NCBI GenBank assembly: GCA_965233585.1
Contig: CBDDTI010000745.1
Coordinates: 1-64,000, forward strand
DNA: 64,000 nucleotides
Source of the DNA: a bacterium
GTDB lineage: Bacteria > SAR324 > NAC60-12
Direction of reading: 5' to 3'
Below are positions 10,612-20,458 of the stretch, one piece after another. The notes beneath the pieces are model-generated. The model ran no database searches, had not been told where the DNA came from, and was given only the letters and a program-made list of their open reading frames with translations. Each line of letters opens with the position of its first letter. Within the stretch, counting starts at the first letter, position 1. The translations under genes and the position numbers were made by a program.

Positions 10612-12381
10612 TCACTTCAGTTTAATCAAGCGAATGACTTCGTTTTTAAATTCAGAGATTTTTTGCATGGTGGGTGGTGTTTGGGTGAGGTCAATGCGAC
10701 CCGTGAAGCCCGTCCCAGAATCATCAACTCCTTCTACTAAAAACTTTTTGTCATCGGTGAACCATGTTTTTTCAAAACTGGTAAAGGTTTTAAATTTGGG
10801 ATTGACAACGATTTCAGTCTCCCCAGCTGACAAATTGGTCAAGTCAATCTTCCACATGCCATAACCTGAATTGTCTGCCTTTTTTGTGAACAGGTAAAGC
10901 TCATCATCAAAAAGACGATAAGAACCCCCATCTTTTTGCCATCTTTTAGGATCCATCTTTGTCCAATCTCCCAAAATGTCTTTGAACTCATAAACAGTCG
11001 TGTCCCCCTTCGGATAAACCTTAAGCAACGTCAGATGTTTGTTAGAATCAGCATAAGCTGTGTAAAACAACATGTCATTTAGTTGGACAAATCGGTTTTC
11101 CTCAGCATAGAAATATAAATAGCCATTTGGTTTGAACTGTGTAAAGTTAAGATCAATGACTGTTGATGTAGAAGCAATTCCATCTGACGCCGTCGCATTA
11201 AGGGTCAGCTTCACCACAGACAAAGTATGTGCGTATTTTGGTTTGTAGTTCCCGTCTGAATCCCAATAATCTAAACGGGTATAATGAAAACGTGAACAAA
11301 GCAGGTTTCCATCAGGAGCAATACCAATTGAGTTGGTAAAGGTTAAATTCCGACTACTTAAACGATCACTGCACCCATATTTTGAAGAGATGCTACTGCT
11401 GTCCGATATGATTTTCCTCAGCTTCTTTTCTTTCACAAATTTGATGTAAGGTTCTCTATCATTACTGTTGTGATAAACAACAGCATCATTTTTTGTGTAA
11501 TGTGTTTGGGCGTAGTCTGGCAATCTGTGTGATTGGGGCAAATAGTCACTGATTGTTGGTCTTTCTGGTGCAAGGTCTAAACGGTACCTTCCATCATAGA
11601 AACTAGCCTCAGAACCTTGTTTGCTTTTCTCAAGATGAAAATAAGATTTAGTGGGAAGTAAATAAACGGAACCAGTGGCTTTGTTCACGAAAGTTGTTTT
11701 ACTCCCTTGCAAACCCTGAACGTAACCCAAGCCCTTTTTGGGTTCCAGGACAAGACCAACCCACTTTGAACCTAAATTTTTCACGTATGTTGGCTCGTAA
11801 GGAATGTTGAGGACTGTGTCAGTGTTGGCGGCTTGGTAGTTTAAGAATAGCTTGTTACCTGAAGCGTCCACCTTGTAAATGCGTTTTTCTTGGCTGACAA
11901 TCGTTGTGGGGGCAATTTTCAAAGGGTCTGTGGCGACGTCACCGCCCCCAATCCCCGCAATAAGATTGCCTGAAGGACTCCAAGCCATCGGAGACTTGAT
12001 AACTTTTTCTTCAATGCCCAGCTTCTTCGCATCGGCAATGTCCAAAAACTTAAAGTCTTTGATGCTCGCAAACTTCTGTTGAGGTTTTGGAATATTTTGG
12101 TCAGGGTTTTGAGGTTTGGAAATATTTTGGTCTGCCCCTTGACTTGGTTTTTCATTATTTGAATCATCTTTGTTAGAGTTTGTGCCAACATCAATGTCTC
12201 CACAAGCAGAGAGTGCAAAAAGAGCCAAAGGAACAAAAAGCCAACGAATGTTAGGGAGTTTGAAGAAGTGTTTGAGGTATTGAAAAAAAACTTGGGGAGG
12301 GGGTGATTTTTGTCTTGACTTTTCTAAAAAGTCGCATGCAATGTTTTTCGCAAAAGTTGCGTCTAATTTTTGCATGGTCAT
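10612..12381 (-). CDS. surface lipoprotein, paralog 1 (uncharacterised, beta-rich)
   Basis: Lipobox LSAC (Cys60); extensive identity blocks shared with 26583..28448. Confidence 0.8.
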   Translation of the reverse strand: MTMQKLDATFAKNIACDFLEKSRQKSPPPQVFFQYLKHFFKLPNIRWLFVPLALFALSACGDIDVGTNSNKDDSNNEKPSQGADQNISKPQNPDQNIPKPQQKFASIKDFKFLDIADAKKLGIEEKVIKSPMAWSPSGNLIAGIGGGDVATDPLKIAPTTIVSQEKRIYKVDASGNKLFLNYQAANTDTVLNIPYEPTYVKNLGSKWVGLVLEPKKGLGYVQGLQGSKTTFVNKATGSVYLLPTKSYFHLEKSKQGSEASFYDGRYRLDLAPERPTISDYLPQSHRLPDYAQTHYTKNDAVVYHNSNDREPYIKFVKEKKLRKIISDSSSISSKYGCSDRLSSRNLTFTNSIGIAPDGNLLCSRFHYTRLDYWDSDGNYKPKYAHTLSVVKLTLNATASDGIASTSTVIDLNFTQFKPNGYLYFYAEENRFVQLNDMLFYTAYADSNKHLTLLKVYPKGDTTVYEFKDILGDWTKMDPKRWQKDGGSYRLFDDELYLFTKKADNSGYGMWKIDLTNLSAGETEIVVNPKFKTFTSFEKTWFTDDKKFLVEGVDDSGTGFTGRIDLTQTPPTMQKISEFKNEVIRLIKLK

Positions 12382-12519
12382 TTCTCCTGATTGCGTTAGA
12401 TTTAAATTAGGTTTAAAAAAACATTCCTAAACACCATGTTTAAGAAGGGAACAATGGTATCAGAAGAAAAGACAAGAGTCTAGTTTTTTTGAAGTCTTTG
12501 GTTTTGGTGGTTTGCTATG

Positions 12520-12786
12520 TTAAGGGTTCAAGACCGTTTTATCACTCATAAAATCTTCCAAAGCCTTGATGACTGCTTCATTTGCCCCTTTGAGTTCTAA
12601 ATCTTTTTTAAGTGTTTGCAGGTCTGACATTCTCAAAACATATTTTTGAGCCTCCCATGCTCTCACACCTGCAACAATTTCATCAATTTCTTCTTGTGGC
12701 GCTTCTACATAGTCACCACCATTTTCTATTGATTCAATCAATGCCCTTTCTTCTTCATCAAAATATTTCATTTTTTCATGATTCAT
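12520..12786 (-). CDS. antitoxin-like small protein (BrnA/CopG-like, orphan)
   Basis: FDEEERALIESIE N-terminus resembles BrnA-type antitoxins; no cognate toxin adjacent. Confidence 0.45.
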   Translation of the reverse strand: MNHEKMKYFDEEERALIESIENGGDYVEAPQEEIDEIVAGVRAWEAQKYVLRMSDLQTLKKDLELKGANEAVIKALEDFMSDKTVLNP

Positions 12787-12801
12787 AATGAGTGATTTAA
12801 G

Positions 12802-12993
12802 TTATAAATTTTTATCCTTTTTCGGCTTAACCAAACACTCTGCAAGAGTCAATTCACTTGTTATGATTGTATCTACTTGATCAAGTATGATAGAAAACAA
12901 ACTTTGTAGATATAAACCCTCTTTTGTTTCCTCTATTGATTAAATAAAAACATTTGTATCAAGATAAAAGTTTCTATTTTTTAATGCTTCCAT
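12802..12993 (-). pseudogene. VapC/PIN-domain toxin pseudogene
   Basis: MEALKNRNFYLDTNVFI*SIEE...TSELTLAECLVKPKKDKNL*; internal TAA at 12940-12942; truncated; overlaps upstream gene stop. Confidence 0.8.
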
Positions 12994-13310
12994 TCATTCC
13001 TTAATTCACGAATATAAAGATCTACTTCTTCAGAAGTTTCAAAACTTCTGCAATGTTTTCCTGCTCCAACCATTGAAACTAAATCATACTTTTTTCTTCT
13101 GCCTCTTCTTTTGTTAATCGCATTTCTTGCCTCCAAAACTAATGGATTGACTACTTTTTTAGATTTTTTAAGACGTTCACGTTGAGTGATACCTTTAACA
13201 ATTTCGGTCATAAAAGATTGCACATCTTGCCCTCGCTCTTTTGCCAAAATCTCAAGTTCTTCATTCACCTCAAAAGGCAATTCAATCGTTTTTGTTACTG
13301 TTTCCATCAT
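12981..13310 (-). CDS. probable antitoxin (ribbon-helix-helix-like N-terminus)
   Basis: TIELPFEVNEELEILAKERG; ends VDLYIRELRNEW; overlaps the PIN gene start; AGGAG SD. Confidence 0.65.
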   Translation of the reverse strand: MMETVTKTIELPFEVNEELEILAKERGQDVQSFMTEIVKGITQRERLKKSKKVVNPLVLEARNAINKRRGRRKKYDLVSMVGAGKHCRSFETSEEVDLYIRELRNEWKH

Positions 13311-13329
13311 TCACTCCTAAAAAATAAAG

Positions 13330-14089
13330 GGCATTGTTAAGTAATAAGTGATAGCTGATTATTCCGTTTTGCCATGAACAAAAGAACAGAATATTGTAAT
13401 GCTTTAAGAGACTTGCTGTAACATTTGGTTTTCCTTCTCATTCTTGCCAAGAAATGTCTCAAGAGAGAATTATACCCTTCTATCGTGTATGTTTCTGCCT
13501 TGGAACATGTATGAATTTCTTTGGGAATGACTTGTTTGTAAGCCTTCCAGTGATCAGTCATCACCTGAAGAGGTTTTGTTTCCTTGACCTTGTCCCATAA
13601 ATGCCTACAGGCTTTTGAGTCTCTGTTTCCAAGCACACAATTGATAAATTGCTTCCCACATCTATCAACAGCAATCCAGAGCCAGCAGTAGTTTTTTTTG
13701 ACTGGATGTAGGTGTGCATTTCATCAATTTCCATAATTTCAATGTCTGTGTCCTTTCTTAATGCCTTGAGCTGTTCGCCAAAACTACAGACCCAATTATA
13801 AACTGAAACATGAGAACAATTCAGCAAACGACCGATTGACCTGAAACCAAGACCCTCCAAATACAACTCTAATGCTCTTCTTTTGATCTGTGGTGAGATT
13901 TGACCACGATAGGACTTGGTATATTGATAGTTGCAGGCATTGCAACGCCTCCTCGGTTTACCATATAAGAAACCATTCTTAACCGTCTTCTCACTTTCAC
14001 ATCTAGGACACGACTTCATTGCTACACCATGACTATCAATTCAATTAAATGAACTTAATATCGCATATCACTTATAGTTTAACAATACC
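13330..14089 (-). mobile_element. IS1-family element, copy 1 (760 bp; insA 13561-14019, insB via -1 frameshift to 13337)
   Basis: TIRs GGTATTGTTAAACTATAAGTGATA / GGCATTGTTAAGTAATAAGTGATA; CPRC..CNAC zinc finger, HTH, A8C slippery site, EIDE..TDHW..IEGYN. Confidence 0.95.
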
Positions 14090-14110
14090 CTAAAAAGAAA
14101 CCTTCTGAAT

Positions 14111-15271
14111 CTAAAATTTCATGGTCACAAGGACGTTGAAAGCTGTTTTTTCAGACTCAAAAAGTTTGATGTTACTGGTTGTTTTTTCCTGATTGACACT
14201 AGCTTGTAAGGAATAAATTGGAGTGAATGTCCATTGCAAGCCTAAATCATGTTTTGTCCCTTTATCTTCCCTTGTTTTTGAAACGATAGGATTTTCTGAT
14301 TTAAATTTCTTTTCAGGTTGTGTGAAAGTATAACCAACATTGATGCCTTTTTTGATTTGCGCCCCGAGTCCAATCGGCAGTTGATTGATGCGATAACTTT
14401 GTGCTTCCCCCTTTGCCTCATACTCAATGTAAGAGGGAGTCACGTTTAAGTTCATGCCAAACTCACCTTTGCCAAAAACAGGAATCTCTAACTTGACAGA
14501 ATAATCATTTCTGGTACCACTTCTCCTTAATTCGGGAAAACGGTCGCCTAACTCATCATCAGGATAGTCATATCTGGTTTGTTTTGCATTCAGCGTGGCA
14601 AACCAAAGTTTTGCTTTCAATCGCTCTGATTCTATGTTGATGTCTTTCTTTTCTCTATCTTCAATGTAGGGGTCGTCCCAATCTGTGGCAGGAGAGAAAA
14701 CAAAGATTTTCCCAACAGATAGGCTAATTTTTTCAGAAAACTGATAGCCAATCGTGGAAAGAAGTCCGACCGCTTCTTCTGCATCTATATTGACCAGAAA
14801 GTTCCAATTTTTAATCCTGTAACCAAGAGAAACAACAGGGAAAGGTTCAGATTTATTGGTGTCGTCATTTTCCAAATTCTCTTCGTCACTGACGATGTTT
14901 TCTTCAGGTTTTTTGGCAGTTTCGTTAGACACAGAAAGACCAAATCCAACACTGCCATACCAACCATCTTTAGGTTTTTCTTTTTTCTTTCCCTTTTTTT
15001 CACCATCTTTGGGACAACCTTCGTCTTGACCGTCTTTTTGACCATCTTTTGTATTGTTTTCATGGTCTGTTTGACAGCCTTCGTATGAATTTTTTGAAGT
15101 CGCATTTTCATGGTCTTCTTCTGACATTTCAGAGATGTTTTGAGTTTCTTGAACCTCATCATTTACGGGGTTTTGGCTTTCTTCCTGTGCAAACAAGTTT
15201 GTACTGACCAGAGACAAGCAAAAGACAAAACCAATTTGCTTGAGGTAACTTTTGACATAATTTTTAAACAT
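14111..15271 (-). CDS. outer-membrane beta-barrel protein (DUF2860-like)
   Basis: Signal peptide, acidic linker, amphipathic strands, WDDPY, terminal Phe. Confidence 0.6.
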   Translation of the reverse strand: MFKNYVKSYLKQIGFVFCLSLVSTNLFAQEESQNPVNDEVQETQNISEMSEEDHENATSKNSYEGCQTDHENNTKDGQKDGQDEGCPKDGEKKGKKKEKPKDGWYGSVGFGLSVSNETAKKPEENIVSDEENLENDDTNKSEPFPVVSLGYRIKNWNFLVNIDAEEAVGLLSTIGYQFSEKISLSVGKIFVFSPATDWDDPYIEDREKKDINIESERLKAKLWFATLNAKQTRYDYPDDELGDRFPELRRSGTRNDYSVKLEIPVFGKGEFGMNLNVTPSYIEYEAKGEAQSYRINQLPIGLGAQIKKGINVGYTFTQPEKKFKSENPIVSKTREDKGTKHDLGLQWTFTPIYSLQASVNQEKTTSNIKLFESEKTAFNVLVTMKF

Positions 15272-15486
15272 AACTTTGACCTTTAAATGAAGTTAATTAT
15301 TTATCATAAAAATATATTATATTTTGATTGCATGAGTGTCAAACTTTTTTTTACAAAAAGTATATCTGAATCAACTGGAAAAGATGCCGCTGATTACCCT
15401 AAAATAGAAAAAGAATCAAGACGGCATTGCCAATTCTGCCAAAGATTGTTTAATTCTATCAAAATAGTCGTCCACCAACGAAACGA

Positions 15487-16236
15487 ATGAAACCGTTGTT
15501 ACTACTGCATCATTGTCATTTAGAGATTCCTTTGAGTCAGCAAATTCAACAAGATTGCTATCAGGTGTTGAACGTTGATGAAAAACGTCAACTTCAGACA
15601 TTCATCAATCCTATTGTTCAAAACCGTTTTTTACTTTCAAGATGTTTGTTGCATCATGGTCTTTCTAAATGTTCTCAAAGACTGCCCCATGAGTGGCGTT
15701 TTGTGAAAAATCAACATGGTAAGCCTGAATTGGAAGGATTCCAAAATCAAACAAACTTTGGAGGTTGTTTAGATTTTAATCTTTCGCACAGCGGGGACTG
15801 GATTGCACTGGCTTTTGCTGATGTTAAAGTGGGAGTTGACATTCAAAAAATCAAGCCAGATGTTTCATTCCTCAAGATTGCCAAACGTTTTTTTCATGTG
15901 ACAGAAAGACAGAAACTACAAGCAAGGGGAACACTTCATCAACCGAATGAGTTCTTTAAATTGTGGACTTTAAAAGAAGCCTATTTGAAAGCAGTCGGAA
16001 CAGGGATTGCTGGGGGAATGAGTTCATTTGTTTTTGACGGAAATGAACATGATGGCAAGGGGCATCTATTTTCTCATCATACATGGAAGCTGGGCGAGCA
16101 ATATATGCTTTCACTAGTCTTATTTGACCAAACTTCTCAAATTTCAGTTGTGTTTTGCAATCATCTTGCACAGCCAACATCTTGGAAGCCTCAACTTTCT
16201 AAACAGGACTTATTTGATGAAATTTTTCATCCATAA
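15487..16236 (+). CDS. 4'-phosphopantetheinyl transferase (Sfp type)
   Basis: HGKP, FNLSHSG, VGVDIQ, WTLKEAYLKAVGTG. Confidence 0.92.
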   Translation: MKPLLLLHHCHLEIPLSQQIQQDCYQVLNVDEKRQLQTFINPIVQNRFLLSRCLLHHGLSKCSQRLPHEWRFVKNQHGKPELEGFQNQTNFGGCLDFNLSHSGDWIALAFADVKVGVDIQKIKPDVSFLKIAKRFFHVTERQKLQARGTLHQPNEFFKLWTLKEAYLKAVGTGIAGGMSSFVFDGNEHDGKGHLFSHHTWKLGEQYMLSLVLFDQTSQISVVFCNHLAQPTSWKPQLSKQDLFDEIFHP

Positions 16237-16293
16237 AAAAGGTTGACTTGAAATTATTATTCTTTAAAATATTATTTTTATTTAATTTTAACA

Positions 16294-16905
16294 TTGATGA
16301 GGTATTTGATGATTAAACGTATATTAATGGTTTTTGGGGTGATGACGTTGTTTCAAGTTCATGCAGAAGACAAGGTTTGGTTGGAAATTGCTCAAGTGCC
16401 AACTGGTAGTTACAGTATAGACTTTAAACATGAAGGAGAAAATAAAACCATTAAAAAATTAGGAGAGACGAATCATGATTTGTTTGTCAATTTATCTCCA
16501 AAAATGAGTGAGGGGGAATTTTCTGTTTCCCTGTTTGCTTTGGGCTTTGACCAACTTTTTGAAGCAGATGATGAGATTAAAGCTAAATACGTTGCCAGTA
16601 TTTATGGTTTGGGAACGATTTGGGATTTGGATTTTGTGAAATTTGGTGCAGGTTTGGGTGTAGGAAACTCCCGAATCAAACTAGAGAAAGAGTTACTAGA
16701 AGAAAGTACAAATGAACAGCAATTTCATGCTTTTCTTCAAATCTCTCTGGGTATCATTCCTGACATTGGTGGAATAGGTCGTGGTTTTATCACTTTAGGC
16801 TACCATGCAATTTTTGAAAGAAGTTTTGAATTTAAGAAATTCAATGACACTCAAATTGACATCTCTTCAAACCTACTCTCACTAGGGTTAGGGTATTCCT
16901 ATTAA
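16294..16905 (+). CDS. small outer-membrane beta-barrel protein
   Basis: Signal peptide (VHA|E); GAGLGVG strand; ends LGLGYSY. Confidence 0.6.
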   Translation: MMRYLMIKRILMVFGVMTLFQVHAEDKVWLEIAQVPTGSYSIDFKHEGENKTIKKLGETNHDLFVNLSPKMSEGEFSVSLFALGFDQLFEADDEIKAKYVASIYGLGTIWDLDFVKFGAGLGVGNSRIKLEKELLEESTNEQQFHAFLQISLGIIPDIGGIGRGFITLGYHAIFERSFEFKKFNDTQIDISSNLLSLGLGYSY

Positions 16906-17037
16906 AAAATGACGATGCAATCTTGATTCATCAATGATTTCAAGAATTTTTCTTTCTGCAAACAGCTAATCTTTGATTTTGCTGGTATCTCTTCCTGCTT
17001 TCTGTTACCCTGTCATGTTTTTGTTCAGAACAGAAAC

Positions 17038-18219
17038 ATGAACTCACTTTTTACCCCTCAAGAAAAGCATGCCATCTTGGCTCTTAGTACCATTCTCTTT
17101 TGCAGAATGCTTGGCATTTTCCTTGCCTTACCCGTCTTTAGTCTCATCGCCTTAGATTTGAAAGGAGCAACGCCTCTGCTTGTGGGAATTGCACTGGGAG
17201 GCTATGGCTTAACCCAAGCACTTTTGCAGATGCCGATGGGGTCTTTAAGCGACAAATTTGGCAGGAAGCCTGTGATTGCCTTGGGGCTTGGCATTTTTAC
17301 GATAGGAAGTGCCATTTGTGCCATCTCAGACCATATCTACTTGTTGATTTTAGGCAGGCTTTTACAAGGGGCAGGAGCGATTAGCTCATCTATTTTTGCA
17401 TTGATTGGAGACCTCACCAGAGAAGAGATTAGAGCTAGGGCAAATGCAGGGCTTGGTGCAGGTGTCGGTTTAGCATTTGGTGCAGCATTTTTATTTGGTC
17501 CTTTGATTTCTATTTTTTCAGGACTGTCTGGAATCTTTGGACTGGCAACATTGCTTGGACTCATCAGTCTCGCACTCCTGCTGACTATACCGACACCCCC
17601 CAAACAGCAACACAATTCTGAAACTCAAGGCATTGTGAAGCATCTCAAAGTGCCGTCCTTACAAATCATCAACCTTGGTGCCTTCACGACCAATATGTCC
17701 TTGAGCGTACTGTTTTTTATTGTGCCTTTAGCAATCAAAGATTACGGGTTGGAGAAAGCAGAGTTTTGGAAGATTTACGTGCCAATGTTGTTCCTTGGTG
17801 GAATTGTTATGGTGCTTGGTGCTGCCATTGCAGAAATTAAAAAAGTTTTTAGGCAGGTCATGCTTGTTGGCGCTTCGTTGATTGTTGTTGCGATTTTGTC
17901 ATTTGCCTATGGCACGACCTCACAAATGCCTGTATTTGTTTTAGCAGGTTCATTTTTATTATTTGCAGGATTCAATATTTTTGAGCCTCTTTTTCCTTCC
18001 CTCATCGCCAAAATCGCTCCCACCACCAAAGGCACAGCAAGTGGGATTTATGGATTTTGTCATTTTTCAGGTAGTTTTATTGGAGCGTCCCTTGCTGGTG
18101 CGATGTACCTCAATCACCCTGCCCTCCTTTTCTCTGTATTGATTTTACTAGCCCTCTCATTCTTTTATAAATTATTGGCTTTCCCAAATTTTAATTCTCG
18201 CCAAAAAACAGAGTCTTAA
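17038..18219 (+). CDS. MFS transporter (YajR-like)
   Basis: GSLSDKFGRKP motif A, GRLLQGAGA; ~12 TM. Confidence 0.9.
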   Translation: MNSLFTPQEKHAILALSTILFCRMLGIFLALPVFSLIALDLKGATPLLVGIALGGYGLTQALLQMPMGSLSDKFGRKPVIALGLGIFTIGSAICAISDHIYLLILGRLLQGAGAISSSIFALIGDLTREEIRARANAGLGAGVGLAFGAAFLFGPLISIFSGLSGIFGLATLLGLISLALLLTIPTPPKQQHNSETQGIVKHLKVPSLQIINLGAFTTNMSLSVLFFIVPLAIKDYGLEKAEFWKIYVPMLFLGGIVMVLGAAIAEIKKVFRQVMLVGASLIVVAILSFAYGTTSQMPVFVLAGSFLLFAGFNIFEPLFPSLIAKIAPTTKGTASGIYGFCHFSGSFIGASLAGAMYLNHPALLFSVLILLALSFFYKLLAFPNFNSRQKTES

Positions 18220-19885
18220 CCCCTTCTTTGCTGACAGGTTCAAAATAATCTCTTCTGATTTGTTTCATCTGTGCTTGATGCTGTTTTATTTCTTCTTGGC
18301 TTCTCTGACGGAACGATTGAATGGCTTGCAACAAGTCTTTTTCATTGTGGCATGCCTTCCAAACACCTTGTGGAATCGCTTCAGGAATGGGGTTGTCAAA
18401 TAGACCGTCTTCATCACTCACCACTATCAAAGGGCAGCCTCTTGCTAAAATATCCATGGCTGATGTTCCTCTCCCGCAAGCAACTGCAACATGACACTTG
18501 TCTAAAACTTTGTGAATGTCATCATGCACAAAAGAAAAAGAATCAGGAAGAATCCCTCCAATGGCATCAATGACAGTTTGTTCTGAGAAAAAAAGCGGGT
18601 GAACCTTCATTGAAACGTTAACCCCTGTGACTTCTTTAGGAAATTGTTTGAAAAGGTTGACAAAAATTCTGGCGGTTTTAAGCGAGCTTTGAATCATGCC
18701 TGAAAAAGCAATGAAAATTTGATAAAGCTCATTTTGTGGTTCTTGACGTTCTTGCCAAACCCCAACGTTTCTAATGGCTGGCGTGACGAGCGTTTCAACA
18801 GATGAAACATAAGTTTTGACTATTGGAACAGACTCTTTGCCAATCACTGCAACTATTTTAGGGAGCAGCTTTAAGTCATAATCAGCATGAGATGGCAAGT
18901 GCGGTTCGTAAGTTGAGCCATAAAAACCACGATAACCAATGATGCGACTTTGAGGATAGTATTTTTGAAAACCTGCATTCCAGCCTTTGTCTATGGCTTG
19001 ATTTTCAAACCAGTTGACCGCAGATGAAATAGACACTTGACTTTCTTTGAGTCTTTTAGCAAAACGATGATTTAACAACGCAAAGACTGTAGAGTGGTAA
19101 TGGTCAGAATCAAATAATTCTTTTTTTAGAAGAGTCTGTAAATCAAAGCCTTCAAAAAGCACTTTTGGCACTTTGATCCATAACCTTCTCCAACCATGCA
19201 ACAAGGCATACAAATAGTCAGTCCATTTTAAATAATCATGTTCCAGCAGATACTTCCTTGCTCTCAATTCTTCAAAAAGTTTAGGAAAGTCTTTTGGCAA
19301 AATGTTTCTGAATTTAGGAACAAAACGTAATTGTTGGAGATCCTCATCAGTTAAAAACTTTTGAAAATCTCCGTATCTGTGGTCTGTTACTGATGTGTCC
19401 CACTGAAAGAACGAATCTACTAAAGTGATGGAGTGTGCGAGGTTTTCTTTCCGTCCTGTTTTCTTTGCATGTTTTTTCAAAAGGAAGTAATGCCTTGCAA
19501 GGACAAAATATTGATATTGGTCAACTAAAAACTGAAGAACGCTTTTTTTGAAAGGAGGTAAAACCAGCTTCGTTTGAAACTGTGGAAAATATGTTTTTAG
19601 AATTTGATAAAAGGCTTTGGAGTCAACAAGAATGAGTTCAATTTGGGTCTTTTCTGATTCAAGTTTTTTTAAAAACTTCAGCAAACAAACGAAGCGGAAG
19701 AGACCGCTCATGTGAGGATTACGAGTTGCAGGTTTGGAAAAAAGCCAATCTAAATTGTCTGCAAAATGAAAGGCAAGCTCATCACACCACCTGACAAAAT
19801 CCTGACGACTTGCCATTGCAACCTGATTGAACTGCTGGAGAAGCTTTGGAGGCAAGGCGTGAGATGCTCTTAAATCAAGTTTCAT
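18191..19885 (-). CDS. putative surface-carbohydrate biosynthesis protein (GT-B-like)
   Basis: WFENQAIDK, KVHP and TSAMD..ARG.P motifs typical of GT-B polysaccharide proteins. Confidence 0.5.
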   Translation of the reverse strand: MKLDLRASHALPPKLLQQFNQVAMASRQDFVRWCDELAFHFADNLDWLFSKPATRNPHMSGLFRFVCLLKFLKKLESEKTQIELILVDSKAFYQILKTYFPQFQTKLVLPPFKKSVLQFLVDQYQYFVLARHYFLLKKHAKKTGRKENLAHSITLVDSFFQWDTSVTDHRYGDFQKFLTDEDLQQLRFVPKFRNILPKDFPKLFEELRARKYLLEHDYLKWTDYLYALLHGWRRLWIKVPKVLFEGFDLQTLLKKELFDSDHYHSTVFALLNHRFAKRLKESQVSISSAVNWFENQAIDKGWNAGFQKYYPQSRIIGYRGFYGSTYEPHLPSHADYDLKLLPKIVAVIGKESVPIVKTYVSSVETLVTPAIRNVGVWQERQEPQNELYQIFIAFSGMIQSSLKTARIFVNLFKQFPKEVTGVNVSMKVHPLFFSEQTVIDAIGGILPDSFSFVHDDIHKVLDKCHVAVACGRGTSAMDILARGCPLIVVSDEDGLFDNPIPEAIPQGVWKACHNEKDLLQAIQSFRQRSQEEIKQHQAQMKQIRRDYFEPVSKEGVKTLFFGEN

Positions 19886-19978
19886 GGAATGTGTCAGCTG
19901 TTATGTTTATCAAAGGATTTGCCAACATTGGGGCTGACCAATGCAAACAATAAGAAGTGAACAATAATATTGAGGGAT

Positions 19979-20455
19979 TTAGGATTTGTGTTTGTCAGGA
20001 AACCAAAGTTCTGGTCTGCGTACAGGAGTGACAACAAAAGGGTAATCTTGAATCATGTCTGTATGAATTTCTGGGTCTTCAGGTTGCCAATCATCGGGGT
20101 ATAAAGGGATTTCTCTTTTGGCAACAAGTTTGAGCCGCGAGACAAACTCTTTTTCTCTCTCAAAAAGTTTTTTTAGGAGTTCAATGTTTGTCTTTTTGCT
20201 GTGGAACAAACCATCTAGGCTTTTCAGATTTCTCATCGTGATTGTTAACTCTGCACGGAGGTCAATTTTAACCTCTACTTCTTCAACGAACACTCCGCAT
20301 TTGTGGACACGTCCGCCCGGCATCCGTAATTCTGTGTATTCATAAATGTTGCACTTTGGACAATGTAACCAGACTAGAAAGCCGACCATAGGTTGCTGCG
20401 AGTCAGCGTTTTTTTTGTCTTGTCTCCACTGGTCAAATGAAATAATTTCTGCCAT
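19979..20455 (-). CDS. hypothetical protein with possible Zn ribbon
   Basis: CPKC...HKCG; directly downstream of leuB. Confidence 0.55.
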   Translation of the reverse strand: MAEIISFDQWRQDKKNADSQQPMVGFLVWLHCPKCNIYEYTELRMPGGRVHKCGVFVEEVEVKIDLRAELTITMRNLKSLDGLFHSKKTNIELLKKLFEREKEFVSRLKLVAKREIPLYPDDWQPEDPEIHTDMIQDYPFVVTPVRRPELWFPDKHKS

Positions 20456-20458
20456 CTT

